From Trichoplax adhaerens (lineage: Eukaryota > Animalia > Placozoa): a DNA stretch of 64,000 bases. The DNA lies in the NCBI RefSeq assembly GCF_000150275.1, contig NW_002060947.1, positions 4,746,267 through 4,810,266 of the forward strand, read 5' to 3'. The notes under the pieces were generated by a model. The model saw nothing but the letters and a program-made list of their open reading frames with translations, ran no database searches and had not been told where the DNA came from. This document shows, one piece after another, positions 12,681 to 27,072 of the stretch (the first letter of the stretch is position 1; the number at the start of each line of letters is the position of its first letter). The translations under genes were made by a program, and so were the position numbers.

Positions 12681-15277
12681 GATAGAACGGCGCATTTGCA
12701 CTGTTTTTCTTATGAGACTGGAGTTCTCCAGCTATGGCCGTATCTGATAGCCAAATATGCGTGTGTCACATAATGCAATTACTCGATTTTATTAACATAA
12801 ATTTTGGGTTACGTAGGAGAACCTACTATAATAGTAGGAGTCTATTACACCGTCATTACACTCATTTTCCGTTAAATTTCGTTATATTGCTTCCATAAAA
12901 TATTCGACAGATAACTGATATTGAGAAAACGAAGTCAATTAAAAGCTAAAGCTTTCGTTAGTTACTTTTGTAAATGGATTTGTCAGGTCTATTAATGCAA
13001 TCTAATTATGAATTGGATTATTATTTTAATTATTGAATAAATAGCCTGGCAACCCATATTTAGCCCTTAATATGAAATATTATCATAAAATTTCTATATG
13101 TGACAATAATATACAGTACAGCAACATATCGAAATCCTTTTAAATATTTAGCTCTTTCACTTTTGCGTATCGAACTTCGTCTCAAGGCTCCTATGATACT
13201 GGTATATCAGTATTTGCTACGGTTACTACCCTTGAAAATACCGGCAATAAAGTTGTCATACTTTGTAGTTTATTTCCAATTATTAGAGCATATTAGGTGG
13301 CATTAGTAGTTTGAGTGTCTTTAGCATTTAACACAGTTTAATTATGCATGATTTGACTAAAATTTTTTTCTAGAAATAGGATTTAAAGTAGTATAGTCAA
13401 TATCAAAATACTTTACCCTAAAGCAAAAGTGGGCTGAATAACGAACTTGAAAATAAGATTTTCATCATTCACAAACTCAAGTCAGTAAGTATTACATTTG
13501 CATATTTAAAAGTTATGTACAATAAAATATAGTATAAATTGAAATTTTAATAGCATTAGTTACGATGTTCTTTTTTTGCATAACTTAAAGATTGTAACTG
13601 CTTGAGCATATAAAATTAAATTTTAACTTTTAAATTTACTTTTCTCACGTTATGTTTTATTAATATACTTGTTTCTTTACCAAGTGATCTATATTAATGA
13701 TTTTATGTGTTGCAGTGTCACGGTAGTGAATCTACCGTGATGAATGATAACTTACTTAATTTAGACATGTATATGTATCACGTTAAGATAGTTATTAATT
13801 TGGATATGCGCATGAATTATTTTATGACTTAATATAGCCGATGCAAGCCTGTTCCTAATACAGGTTAAATTATACTAAATACGGTATATGAATTGTAAAT
13901 GGTAAATTCAATATAAATCCTGTTAATTATAAGCTAGAGCAAACATAAAGTTAATCTATAGTAATATTACAAATTCATTGGATCAGACTAGGAATAATTG
14001 AATGTATTCACGAAGTCTTATTGGGTGAAATATATCACACATCGTAAACCGGTTTTATGGCTAGAAAAGCTATTTAAATGATTGATTTTGAATATTAAAT
14101 TAGACTTGCATTTTCTAGAATAAAGATATAGTTAGAAGATTCCGAAAGTGCATTTCTCAGTTATTGTTACTTATCTAGGGTAATCTAATTAGTTTAGATT
14201 AGGCAAGTTTAGTTAAGTAACATACAGATTATGAAGAGTCAGCTTCGGTAAACTTGGAAGACCATACTGTTATAGGTCAGAGCTATATAAGTACGGCATA
14301 AAATAAATCAAGATTCATTCCATAATAAGGAAAGCTATTATATACTAGATGTATCTATTTTTAGGTAGCTAGGGTAAAATACTATACACATATCGATTCA
14401 TATTTATAACTCTAATAATATCTGGGTGCAAGGATTGATACTACTGTCATCCTGTTACTTTTTCTTTTCTAGCTATAACTTCAGATTTGAGCTCATTGAC
14501 GTTGTTGTTGACTTGATTTACAGGATTAACTGTATTTATTATCGAAATGTGACGCGTTGCAGTTGTAAATTAAATACAGGAGTAATTATAGTGATGTTAT
14601 AACCAGCCAACTCTAATCCTAATCCTAAAATTGCAGATAGTCGGCACCTGTATCGGTCTGTTACTGATTAAAAATTATGAGTCAGTATTAATAAACATAC
14701 CACAGACAATTAAACGGCTCAAAATTTGTGATACCTCTTTTAGCTAATACAAGACTGCGCTATAATCTTTAATTTTCTATCAGGCTTGTAAGTAATAAAA
14801 TTACAACTAGATAAAATTTTAAGGAGCACTTAGACGATCCAATTGCAGTACTCCAACTTTAATTATGAGTTCTGTGTCAAATATCTTTTAGAATTTTTTC
14901 GATTTAATGATCAGTATTAGAATCGATTGAAAGGATTTTTAGCTAAATTTAATCAATTCGTGATACAGGTAAATCTATTGAAATTCAAGCGTTAAGTTTC
15001 AAAATTTGAATTGTGACATTTTCTATAGACATAATAGCCATTCTTAATTTAACCTAAGAAGCTGAGTAGAAATTAACAAGGTAAAAGAAGATATAAAACT
15101 AATTTAAGAATTTAATTTTTGACCTGAGCGGAGTCAATGATTCAGTAAAGAATTAAAAATATATAATTAATTAATGTCTACACTGAATAAGTGTTGGAGA
15201 TATAATAGTATATTGCAATAATTCTACAGGAATACCGTATAAAGGCTAAAAAGATGTAGCATTGTAATATAGCAGGT

Positions 15278-15744
15278 TGTAGTGAATTTAGATTATATTG
15301 CAAGTGTGATATGCTCTTAAATATAGACCTTTGATGTTCTTAAATATAGAGATACTTATAGTACCATTGTACTATAGCTAAATATAAATTATTATATTTA
15401 GCAATTATGATCTTTGCTATTTTCTATAACCATTGGCTATTACATAGACTGTTATGGTAAATGCTTTATTTAGTCTTACATTCTTGTTCTCTGCATATAT
15501 TCTATCTGTTAAGCTATAAATACCTCAAATTCTACCTCGAAAATTATTAGTTTTAATAGTCACAGTGATGGCGTTTTCTTATATTAATTCGTCACAGTTT
15601 ACACGCTGCTCTATCACAACTACGGTATCAAATTACACGTAATCATAGTCTACAATAAAATATCCTTTTTCTGCTAAAATTGAGGCCTAATTCTCTGTAT
15701 GACAACTAAATCCGCTGCCTCTAACTCATTGAACCTCCGTCATA
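15278..15744 (+). mobile_element. Degenerate solo-LTR-like element (~467 bp)
   Basis: Starts TGTAGTG and ends CGTCATA, flanked by CAGGT/CACGT (5-bp TSD, one mismatch). Internal CTATAAATA and AATAAA. Colinear with 25750-26213. Confidence 0.6.
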
Positions 15745-16476
15745 CACGTAGGTATCGTAGAGTAGAATTTACAAAGTTTAATATTTAAATATATTGTAGC
15801 TAGTGAGCATGAACATTGGGCGTAATAGAACCTACTTTTATCAATTGTATTAATATTACCCAAAATTCTTAGATAAAATTTATAGTTGATGGGATTGATA
15901 ACGTATTATTAGAGCAAACTGCATGCAATTCTATTTTTGGAGATGTAGTATCATTTTACTGGGCTAATGCTTACTGCATTGGCTTATTATGGAACTATTT
16001 AAGGTCTGTAGCGGAATTCATAATTTCAGATAATGTATATTTTATGTCGCACGCGAAAGTAATATAAATAATGATGTTCAGTACTGTATAGGGACTAAGG
16101 ATTACTTTTAATTTGATTATTTACACGCCTGATAGAAAATGAGAGAATATAGCGCAGTCATGTACTGGCCAAAAGAGGTATCACAAATTTTGAGCCGTTT
16201 AATTGTCTTTGGTATGTTTATTAATACTGACTTTTATTAGCATAAAGTAAGTAAATGCTAGATAGATGGTATTGCTGATAGAAATCAACGCATGTAGAGA
16301 ATCGTATTGATACAAAATCATTTTAATTTAAAGCAATTTTTTGTAACAAATACTTAGATTATCTATCGGAATCGGAGATGAGATACCGAATAAAGTTAAC
16401 TACGATTCTATAATTATCACCATATTTCTTTATTAGCGATAATCCAATCCATGCGCTTTTTATAAAATCGATATGC

Positions 16477-17838
16477 TTATTTCTGGATAAGTTCATTATA
16501 GTCAGTGGTTCCGGATAGATGTATCGATTTGTTGATTTGATTGATGATATTAAAAACATTAAATATATAAAAATATGTTTAGTCAAAGTTAGCTAAATTA
16601 CTAAATTAACGATAAGTTCAATTATCGATATTAATTAAATTAAATAAATTAGCGTATTCTTAAATGTTACTATTCGTGTATTACTGTAAGGTATTTATTT
16701 ATATTTTAATATTGATAGCATGACTAACCTTTCCCTGTAGCATCATAGGTCCAAAGAGGACAAACGACATAGGTTGAATAAAAATACGAAATTGGCAAAG
16801 ATTAGTTTTAGAAGCATATACGATTATAGTATGTATATTACATGATGTGGAGTAAGTACATTTTAATTTTCATAAATTTTTTTTATTTTTATAATAGTTA
16901 CATAACTGTCAATTGTTAAGTGAACTATGTGTTATGAATTAATGAAGGAATTGCTTATTTTGTTGACTATAGAGCTTACGCTTCGGCGACGACGGTAAAC
17001 ATGACGGCGACGGCGACTCCACTATGTATAAAATATTAATTGTTAAATCTTGTTAGTGTTATCGACATCAAAAAATAAAGAAAGCAATTCTGTAGCACTA
17101 GCGTTGAATCAATTAGTGTTTTTATGAGGGTATGTGTAATTAATTTGTATTTGCATATGCGGACGTTTTACCCATTTATATAGACTATTCCATTTCACAG
17201 TTTTATAATAAATTACTTACCCACCAAGCCTTCTGCTCAGTAATTTTTAAGCCATGGTACGAAGATCGTGTAAGAAGCAATAGCTTATAATTAGTACAGA
17301 AATCGAATGTTTTCAAACCGTATTATAAGTAGGTAAATAATTAGAGATATCGATGAAGATATTTCTGAGATATCGAGTATCTAATTTACGGATCAGATCA
17401 AAGACTAGAAAAGCGAAATTTTTAACCTAATCGTTACCAAGCAGGATCCGTAAGAAGGTTTGCTAATATGTGCAATTTTAGTCATTGACTAGTTTGGGTC
17501 ATTTTTACTAAATGTGATAATGGTATTTACAAATAACTTGCCTTAACGACTTCGGCTTTCACTTCGTCATCCTGAAATCGCATTAGTAAAATTGTTATTT
17601 TCTCTTTATAATTGATTGATAAATTTAGAGTTATGGTTTATTTTGTTTAAGTCTTTATACAGTGGAGACGTTAACTTACGATATCGCTTTCCAGAAGAGC
17701 CTTTAGATCTTCTTCATCTACATCACGCATTTCGGTTTCTTTAGCCGAGACTTCATTTTGTTCAGGAGCTTCTTCTTCGATTGCGAAAGCAACCGCGAAG
17801 AATAATAAGGTAGCAACTAAGATAAGCTTCGTGTTCAT
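16477..17838 (-). CDS. Secreted Arg/Trp-rich prepropeptide, copy P2 (84 aa)
   Basis: Exons 17838-17680 (MNTKLILVATLLFFAVAFAIEEEAPEQNEVSAKETEMRDVDEEDLKALLESDI), 17571-17542 (DDEVKAEVVK), 17232-17221 (KAWW), 17021-16980 (WSRRRRHVYRRRRS), 16734-16729 (GK), 16482-16477 (K-stop). Open frame, splice sites intact. Confidence 0.85.
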
Positions 17839-18347
17839 GTTTCCTGATTAGACAGAAGCATAATTAAATAATGAAGGTTAGAAATTTAGTTGATGATGAA
17901 AAGTGATAGTAGTATAAACCAACTGTTGCACTTAAAGAACATGAAGATTTTATATTGCGACGATAAAATATAAGAATAAGAACATGCATCGTAATATATT
18001 AGAGAAAATGAATTTAATATCGAGATGTAAGGATAATTTAAAAGTCACTCTTACAAAATTTTTGACAGTCGTGTAGAATTCTCAAAAGAACTGGTCATAA
18101 TTTCATAATACTAACGTAAAACTGTATCTGTGCTAAGTAATTTTCAAAATGTCTTTATTACTAATCTTGTCTCATCGATAAAGTGAAGGAGCTAGCATTG
18201 CTGTATTATGGAAGCTTGACGAAATTTAGGCTTTAATTTTAAAGATACAGATGCACTTTGTTTTACAGCACTGACATTCTAAGATGACTATAAGCAATTA
18301 TAAAATTTTCTTCCGTTATAATCTAATCTGTATTTGAAATGACTTAC

Positions 18348-18409
18348 CAGCTGGTTTCACAATCGCCAAGAGGAGAATGGTCGGTTACCGAAAAAGCCAG
18401 CTATTTATA
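18348..18409 (-). promoter_or_regulatory. Core promoter and non-coding first exon of P2
   Basis: TATAAATA at 18409-18402, the A of CCATTC at 18378, donor GTAAGT after 18348. Same spacing as P1. Confidence 0.7.
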
Positions 18410-21400
18410 CTTTTCCTGACAACCTAATTAGCGATGTCCTCTTTGTTACTGCCATCGTCATTGATTGAATATTGAATTTCAGACGATGCTAAGGGAATAC
18501 TTTTTATTCCATAGGGAAAGAAGAAAAACGCCTACTACATCACCCATGATACTGTATATTTGTGTCCGAAATAATGTTGACAATCATGTATACTACTTAT
18601 TATTTTATCAAGGAATTATTGATTTAATCGTTTGGAATATAGAGCTACTTCTTATTTTTATTGACAGTATCTGTGTCTATTTTCTTGAGAGAGGCTTGAA
18701 AAAGCGGTAAAATAGTGAGAAGCGTCCGAGGTATAAATCGAAAAGGTATCGAGAAAATGCATTTAAGCCTTCGATGATAACGGAATTATTAGGAAACGAG
18801 ATGAAGCGAGTTTACTTCTACTATATTACTAATAAATAGTGATAATACAGCCATTTAGCAGACTAGGATTAATTTAAATGTCGTATTACAGTTTGTATCA
18901 CAATTAATCATTAATATTGTAAACTAGGCAGTATCAGAAGTAAGATATTGAATCAGTTGATGTAGGTTACAGATCATAAAGAACTAGGGTCTATAATATA
19001 TATTATTATTAGCTAGCCAGAGATAGATACATTGGAGTGATTTAGATAGTCAAGCATGGTATGCAGGCTTAACGTATCCTAAGAAAGTCTCTTTATTCGT
19101 TTGGGAAATCAAAACACAATCTACTTCCTGCATTATGTCACGCCGCTTAGCTTAAGACAAAAAGAGGCAGTCTACATAAAACAATAGTTCTTTTAATACT
19201 GAATAGATTATCATGTAACCAGTAAATAGGCTTAGTTTTCATCTTAGGCGCAATCTGATTGGGCATGTTTGCTATTCTGTAGGGAATAACGTGTGCTACC
19301 GTTGTGATATGTGCTAACCTTAACCAGAAAAGGAAGAAAAATAGAATTGTAACCTCTTTGTTATTATAGAGGTGCTGAGTATCCTAATTGAATTACATGC
19401 ACTAATTTAGGATGATTCTTTAACATATTGTTATGGTCAAAAGTCACTGAAGAGAGTTCATTGGAGATATAGGCAATAAACTGATCTTGCTATTGAAATT
19501 AATGCTTATACAGGCAGGAGACGTAGACAATAACCTATTTTGTCGGCTTACTACAAATAACTTTGGACAGCCTATTGCACTAATAATGAAATAACAAAGT
19601 TTAATAACGGCTAATGGAAGATGAGACCGTACAGCGGTAGCTATGCTATCTATAGTAAATCCTAAGTTCAATACTTGCAGCCTATAATTTTGAGTATTTA
19701 CTTAAGCATACATTAAATTATTTTTCAAGTAGCTGCTTCATTAACGATTCGCCCTTATCATTTCAAATAAATTATGATTTAAGTTAACGTTAATCCTACA
19801 TTTGAAAAATCCACATGAAATTAGATTGTTCAGTGTAATGAAATCGACGTACATGAAGTATGGATATCTAAATCTTGCTTACTGATACGCAGGTTACTAA
19901 GCAACTGGTCAATAATGGTATTTATCAGCGATTTAATATTACCAATGTTACCTGTTATACAATAGTTATATTTACTAGGTAATATCTATAGATAGTAATA
20001 GATATATGTTTGTGATAAAATCCTATCACAAAAATTCCAAAGTTGTAGAAAATTAGAACTTTATTAGATCTAATACAAAGAGTAGCTACGCACAGCTCTA
20101 CTTTAGCCGAATACAACTATTGAAGGACTTCCAGAAAAAACGAACTGAATGGTCTAAAGTTGCCAGCTTATATTTATTTCGTAGCAGTCACAGCCACAAT
20201 CAGCATAGCAACATTCTACCTTAATTTACACATAGTCAAATTATTATTAGTGACAATGTTTTACAGCAGGCCATCATTAATCCGATATGGAAACAACTAC
20301 AGTATTTCCGTAGATATTATTCTTAGCAGTCAAAGTACGGTAAACTAAGCATATCCTAATATATGAATTACAGTTCTATTTTTACCTCTAGCCTTAATAG
20401 TAACTCAACACCTTACTATATGTAGTCATTCTGTACTATAGCATAGAATCTACCATTACAGTCCATAGTAGCGAGCTACCAAATACATCTTAATATAAAT
20501 ATGGAAAGTTACGCTTCCGTACATCTTGCTAACATAGCTAAAAGTCTTTAATCATAATACTAAGTTTCGTTACTATGTTGCAAATAAATACGTGAATAAA
20601 ATTAAATACTATATATGTACTTATATGATAATCGTGTGGTAGTGCATGTAATACTGTAAGCGATAACATTATAAAAGGCGGACTGATAATTTACTAATTG
20701 TAGCGCGAAGTATAAATTGTAATCGTATTGAGGTGTAACCTGATGTAAGTATAAATACCGATCATTAACAATAAATGTTAGTTACAAATCTCGCTCACGA
20801 AGTAAACTTATTGCTAAGAATATAACATTACCAAAGATGAATACTGTAATAAGTTAAATTTAATATGCTTAGTGAGTTAACAAATTAAAATTATAAGACA
20901 GTAGTACTTTTAGCATTACGACCGTAAACTAGTAATGACTTTGACGCTTGTAAACAACTTTACTTTCATCGCATTCGTATCATAGCCTTCTACGGAATAA
21001 GTATTGTAAAGCAATAGTCTCTATTACAGCGATTTACTGCAGAAAACTGTTTCAGGTTAAAAGAGTGCGGTAATAAGATATAATCTAATCTAAAATCGCC
21101 AAAATATACGATTAAATCTAACGCTTGTGAGTTAATTAATTAATAAAACTATTGAAATATGTTAAAGCATAGTAATTTCTACATCTTCAATATTCAGAAA
21201 GTCGAAATTCTAGTTAGCTACGATTAGTCTAATAGATGTGTTGTCACGGTGCTACCTTACTGTTAGGATAGTGTAATAGTACAGTAGTAGCTAATATGGA
21301 AAGTATCTATATTTGTAGTTCTAGGTAAGAGAAGTAATATCTTAATGTGGATTTTATTTATGATAGTTTATAACATATTTGATATTCATTGATATTGTGT

Positions 21401-21800
21401 GTAGGTAGTAGTAAGATGATTAAAGTTCTAGCTAATGATAGTTGAAGTAGACAACATCCATACTTAGATTAAGATTAAGTAGGAGTAAGAGATTAAAAAT
21501 ATTTACTGATAGAAAAGCTATATAAGGAATAACTCAGTTCAAGATGTCCCTCCTAGTAAGGTATTACAATAATACTGTTGTTGTTTACAAATTAGACGGG
21601 TTCTATATATAAACGGCAACAATTGAGTTGGGTTGTGTGGTGAAAAAGTTCTAGATGTGTCTATGCTAATAAAAGCTCTATCGTTACGGTAATTTGCTGT
21701 GTGCGTTTGACGTTTGGTAAAGGAGCGTTTTAGTCAGTAGTTACTTATAGACTCTTACTGTGTGTTTTCTTATCGTAGAGTTTAAATTATGACATGTGTA

Positions 21801-22743
21801 TGTAAGGAAATGAAAAGTGTAGAAACCAAGCTACTAAACTTCTAACAAACCTTGATTCTACTTTCTTTGCACTCTAGTCGATTTAACAAAAATTTTACAC
21901 CAAATAAAATTGGGGAAACAACCAATTAACAATTTATTAAGAAAATGTGAGAGAGTCTGATCAAATAACCTTCCAAATACTTAATTCTAAGTATTATAAG
22001 TAACGAAATAAAAAAAATGATAGAACTAAAACTGCCATCAGCCAAACAACCTAACAGAAAGAAGAACGCTTTAACTTACAACAGTTCGACCCCGAAGGCC
22101 TTTAAAATCAACAAGTTCTTCAAAAGAATCCTCTTTTGCTCTCTACTCTAAATTTTCTGATTACACTATTATTTATGGGCTTCGCAGAGCCCTCAGTGGT
22201 ACTTAAAGCTGAATATTAATTAATCAATCACTCATAAGATCCATTTTAGAAAACTACTTTGCACTACTTAAGAAAACAAAAATCATTAAAGTTCAGACAC
22301 AAATTAACTTATGATTCCCTTACAAAACACTATAAAGTCATCAAACTAACTAGAAAATACCTCAAGCTTCACTTCTAACTTAATTTTCATTCATCATACA
22401 TTACAAAAGTCTAGAAATTAACCTTTAAAGATCAAAATTTAGTGATAAAAATAACAGCCTGCCTACTTAACAAGCAACACAACCTCTGCCATTTGCCATC
22501 TTATTTTCTATTTTCTCAACTAAACTTTCCTTATGTAACTTTCATGTCACTTCATAAAATTCCGAAGTTTCAAATTCACAACAAAAAGTTCAAATTCCAA
22601 AAGTCGACTCTTATAACATATTTCAAAAATTAAAATCCAAAAGTTAAAAAAATTAAAAAAATTAAAATTAAAATTACATTGGACATGAATCTGACCGGAT
22701 CCGGAATCCGAATCCGAAAAATTCGAATTTTATAAAGATCACA
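21801..22743. mobile_element. Compositionally distinct ~940-bp insert, possible LTR or other TE fragment
   Basis: Strong A/C-over-G skew on the plus strand, unlike the flanks. TGT...ACA termini with only a 3-bp GTA flanking match. No recognisable ORF. Confidence 0.3.
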
Positions 22744-24214
22744 GTAATCGCTTATCAAAAAATTTTATTTGACAACTATGACTACTTTTCTGACATTAGT
22801 ATTGACAGTTGATGTTTTAGCGTGAAGTTGCACGGTAACTGTACGATAATAGCCAACATTACAGTACTTTAGCTGTCCTGTCATAAATCCCCTTTCTCTA
22901 TGGATAGGGTTTTTGTTACTAAGTCAAATTTATCTCTAATCTCAGTATGCTATGAAACGCCCTTTCTGTAGATTAGGCGATTGCTCTTAGGTCATTCCTA
23001 TAGTAATCTACATAGATATCAGTATACGGCAAGTAAACACTAGGGGTCTTGTTTCTAACACAAAATCTCGGAATAGTAGCTATCTTTAATATTGTATATT
23101 AATGGATCGTAACACTGCGCACTATCGTATTTAATAATTAATGCGTTTTGTGAAAAATAAGTATTGCTACCTGTTTTTATAAATCGTCTCTGTATCTAAA
23201 CTACATTTAGGTAAAATATATACTGAAATTCTAAAGGCAACAGCTACTGTAAAGTCAACGGCCGTATTACAACCGAATTAATTTTAAATTTCAATTTAAT
23301 AAGTAGTTATTCTGCCGTTTATTATTAAGCGTAGTAAATGATCCGATAAATAATTATATACAATTAATTAATGCTTACACTGAATAAATAAGTGTAGGAG
23401 ATATAATAATCTATTGAAATCCCTCCCATTTATGGTAAAGCACGGTATTTGCTCTTACCGTATACTAAGTACTGAGAGCTAGGACTAATACCTTATTAGC
23501 TGTGCCCAAATGTATTCGTACTACTACTCTTAAACCGTAAGATCATTAAACTTCGAACCTAATGTAGTGCTAGTGAGGCTATTACACAATTGTATTAGTG
23601 TTACCCTAAATTGTGAGATGAAATTTATAATTGATGGGATTGATAACCTATTGATAGAGCAAACTGCATGCAATCCATTATTGAAGCTCCTATATGATTT
23701 TACCAGACTAATGTTTACTGCATTAGCTTAGTGCGGTTCTTATTGAGGTCTAATAGGGATATTTATAATTTCAGATAATGTATGTTTCATGCTGCATATG
23801 GAAGCATTATAAACAATGATATTGTTCAGTGCCGTATAGGGACTAAGGATTACTTTTAATTTGATTATTTACACGCCTGATAGAAAATGAGAGAATATAG
23901 CGCAGTCATGTATTAGCCAAAAGAGGTATCATAAATTTTGAGCCGTTTAATTGTCTTTGGTATGTTTATTAATACTGACTTTTATTAGCATAAAGTAAGT
24001 AAATGCTAGAAAAATGACATTACTAATATAAATCAACGCATGTAGAGAATTGTATTGATACAAAAAAATTTTAATTTTTTGTAACATCTACTTAGATTAT
24101 CTATCGGAATCGGAGATGAGATACCGAATAAAGTTAACTACGAATCTATAATTATCACCATATTTCTTTATTAGCGATAATCCAATCCATGCGCTTTTTA
24201 TAAAATCGATATGC

Positions 24215-25602
24215 TTATTTCTGGATAAGTTCATTATAGCCAGTGGTTCCGGATAGATGTATCGATTTGTTGATTTGATTGATAATATTAAAAAAATTAA
24301 ATATATAAAAATATGTTTAGTCAAAGTTAGCTAAATTACTAAATTAACGATAAGTTCAATTATCGATATTAATTAAATTAAATAAATTAGCGTATTCTTA
24401 AATGTTACTATTCGTGTATTACTGTAAGGTATTTATTTATATTTTAATATTGATAGCATGACTAACCTTTCCCTGTAGCATCATAGGTCCAAAGAGGACA
24501 AACGACATAAGTTGAATAAAAATACGAAATTGGCAAAGATTAGTTTTAGAAGTATATATGTATATTACATGATGTGGAATAGGTACATTTTAATTTTCAT
24601 AAATCATACTTTTATATCAATTAGATGACTGCCAATTGTTAAGTGAACTATGTGCTACGAGTTAATGAAGGAAATATTTATTTTATTTTCTGCAGAACTT
24701 ACATATCGACGACGACGGATATAGTAGCGACGACGCCGGATATAATAGCGACGACGACGGATATAATAGCGACGACGACGTCTCCACTATGTATAAAATA
24801 TTAATTGTTAGTTTTCTTAGTGCTATCGATATCAAGCAATAAAGGAAATAATCCTGTAACACTTGCGTTGAATCACTTAGCACTTTCATAAGGGTATGCG
24901 TAATTAATTTGTATTTGTATATGTGCACGTTTTACCCATTTATATAGACTATTCCACTTCACAGTTTTATAATAAATTACTTACCCACCAAGCCTTTTGC
25001 TCCTTAATTTTTAATCCATGTTACGAAGATAGTGCAAGAAGCAATAATTTATTATTAGTACAGAAATCGAATGTTTTTACACCGTCTTATAAGTAGGTAA
25101 ATAATTAGAGACGTCGATGAAGATGTTTATAAGATAACGAGTATCTAATTTATGGATCAGATCAAAGACTAGAAAAACGAAATTTTTAACTTAATCGTTA
25201 CCAAGCAGGGTCCGTAAGAAGGTATGTAGTTATTAGTTTTTTTCATGATTGACTTACTTGGGTCATTTTTAGTAAATGTGATAATGGTATTTACAAATAA
25301 CTTGCCTTAACGACTTTAGTTTTCATTTCATCATCCTAAAATCGTATTAATAAAATTGTTATTTTCTCTTTATAATTGATTGATAAATTTAGAGTTATGG
25401 TTTATTTTGTTTAAGTCTTTATACAGTGGAGACTTTAACTTACGATATCGCTTTCCAGAAGAGCCTTTAGATCTTCTTCATCTACATCACGCATTTCGGT
25501 TTCTTTATCCGAGACTTCATTTTGTTCAGGTGCTTCTTCTTCGATTGCGAAAGCAACCGCGAAGAATAATAAGGTAGCAACTAAGATAAGCTTCGTGTTC
25601 AT
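24215..25602 (-). CDS. Secreted Arg/Trp-rich prepropeptide, copy P3 (~98 aa; acceptor of the 12-nt microexon mutated)
   Basis: Exons 25602-25444, 25335-25306 (DDEMKTKVVK), 24996-24985 (KAWW; acceptor CAG->CAA at 24997), 24786-24703 (WRRRRRYYIRRRRYYIRRRRYYIRRRRY), 24472-24467 (GK), 24220-24215 (K-stop). Confidence 0.75.
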
Positions 25603-25749
25603 GTTTCCTGATAGACAGAAGCATAATTAAATAATGAAGGTTAGAAATTTAGTTGATGATGAAAAGTGATAGTAGTATAAACCAACTGTTGCACTTAAAG
25701 AACATGAAGATTTTATATTGTGACGATAAAATATAAGAATAAGGACATG

Positions 25750-26213
25750 GGTGGTGTATTTAGAATATACTGTAACTATATTCTACTCTTAAATACAGAC
25801 ATGTTGTATTGATCTTGTATTTAGACATAACTACAGTCTGTTCGCTCTACATTCAAATATGGCTTACTACATTTAGTTATTACAGTCCTCGCTATTTTCT
25901 ACAATCATCTGCTATTCTATAACCTGTTATGGTATATGATGTATCTAATCCTACAATCATGTTCTCTACGTGTGTTCTAATGCCATAGCTATAAATACTG
26001 CCGTTTTCTACCTTAGATTTCTTAAGTTGCATTATTAGTCATAGTTAGTATTCACACTTTACTCACGGCAGCTACCACGCTGACCTACCGTAATTATCAC
26101 ACTTTACCTAACTACTATCTACAATAAAGTATCCTCTTTTCTTAAGCTCCTTGTGCAATTCTCTGCATGGCAACTAAAACCACATTATTGGACTCTTCGA
26201 ACCCTCCATCACA
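25750..26213 (+). mobile_element. Degenerate solo-LTR-like element (464 bp) in intron 1 of P3
   Basis: Absent from the P2 paralog, whose empty site reads aACATGcatcg. Here it is flanked by ACATG/ACGTG, with termini GGTGGTG...CATCACA and an internal TATA box and AATAAA. Confidence 0.7.
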
Positions 26214-26378
26214 ACGTGCATCGTAACATATTAGAGAAAGTGAATTTAATATCGCGATGTAATTTTAAAGATACGTGCATACTTTGTTTGACGGCACCAA
26301 TATTGCATGATGGCTACTTATAAAGAATTGTAAAATTTTTCTTTCGTTATAATCTAAGCTGAATTTGAAATGACTTAC

Positions 26379-26439
26379 CAGTTGGTTTAGCAATCACCAA
26401 GGAAAGAATGATCGGTTACCGAAAAGTTGGCTATTTATA
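26379..26439 (-). promoter_or_regulatory. Core promoter and non-coding first exon of P3
   Basis: TATAAATA at 26439-26432, the A of TCATTC at 26409, donor GTAAGT after 26379. Confidence 0.7.
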
Positions 26440-27072
26440 CTTTTTCTGACAGAGTAAAAAGTCAATGGCGAAGTTAGTAATTCACGGACAAAACCCTGCG
26501 TTCCTTAATTGACGATGTCATCTTTGTTACTGCTATTGTAATTAATTGAATAGTGAATTTCAGACGCTGCTAAAAGAGTACTTTCTATTCCGTAGGGTAA
26601 GAAGAAAAACGCCTACTGCCTTATCTATGATACTATAAATTTGTGTCCAAAATAGCGTTGACGATCGTGTACGTATTCCACCATTATTTTATTAGAGAAT
26701 TATTGATTAATCTTTTGGAACGTAGAGCTACTTCTTATTTTTATTGATGGTAATTGTGTCAGTTTTCTTGAGAAACGCTTGACAAAAAGCGGTAAAATAG
26801 TACGAATCGACGTATCCGAGATATAAATCGAAAATAAATTGGAAAATGGAGTAAAGAATTTTATGATACCGTATATGGAATTATTAGGAATCGAGATTAA
26901 GCGAATTTACTTGTATAAATTGATATTTTATGATGCAATCGGATCATCCATGATGAGCTAAATTCTATCTATCTAGTGCTATACATATCATAACTAATAA
27001 GTATAATCGTAAACATTGCATTATGTAGTTCAAGTTTGAAATTTTATTGATTACTCGTTCACGAGTAAACAG

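Noticed and set aside
16359-16586. 75-aa ORF repeated three times (also 24097-24324 and 34500-34727)
   Set aside because: Non-ATG start. It spans the last intron, stop exon and 3' UTR of the peptide gene, and the equivalent frame is broken in P1. Its recurrence reflects recent duplication.
24683-24928. ORF with SSSLLYP repeats
   Set aside because: Alternative frame across the Arg exon and flanking introns. Splice-phase analysis in all four copies supports the Arg frame.
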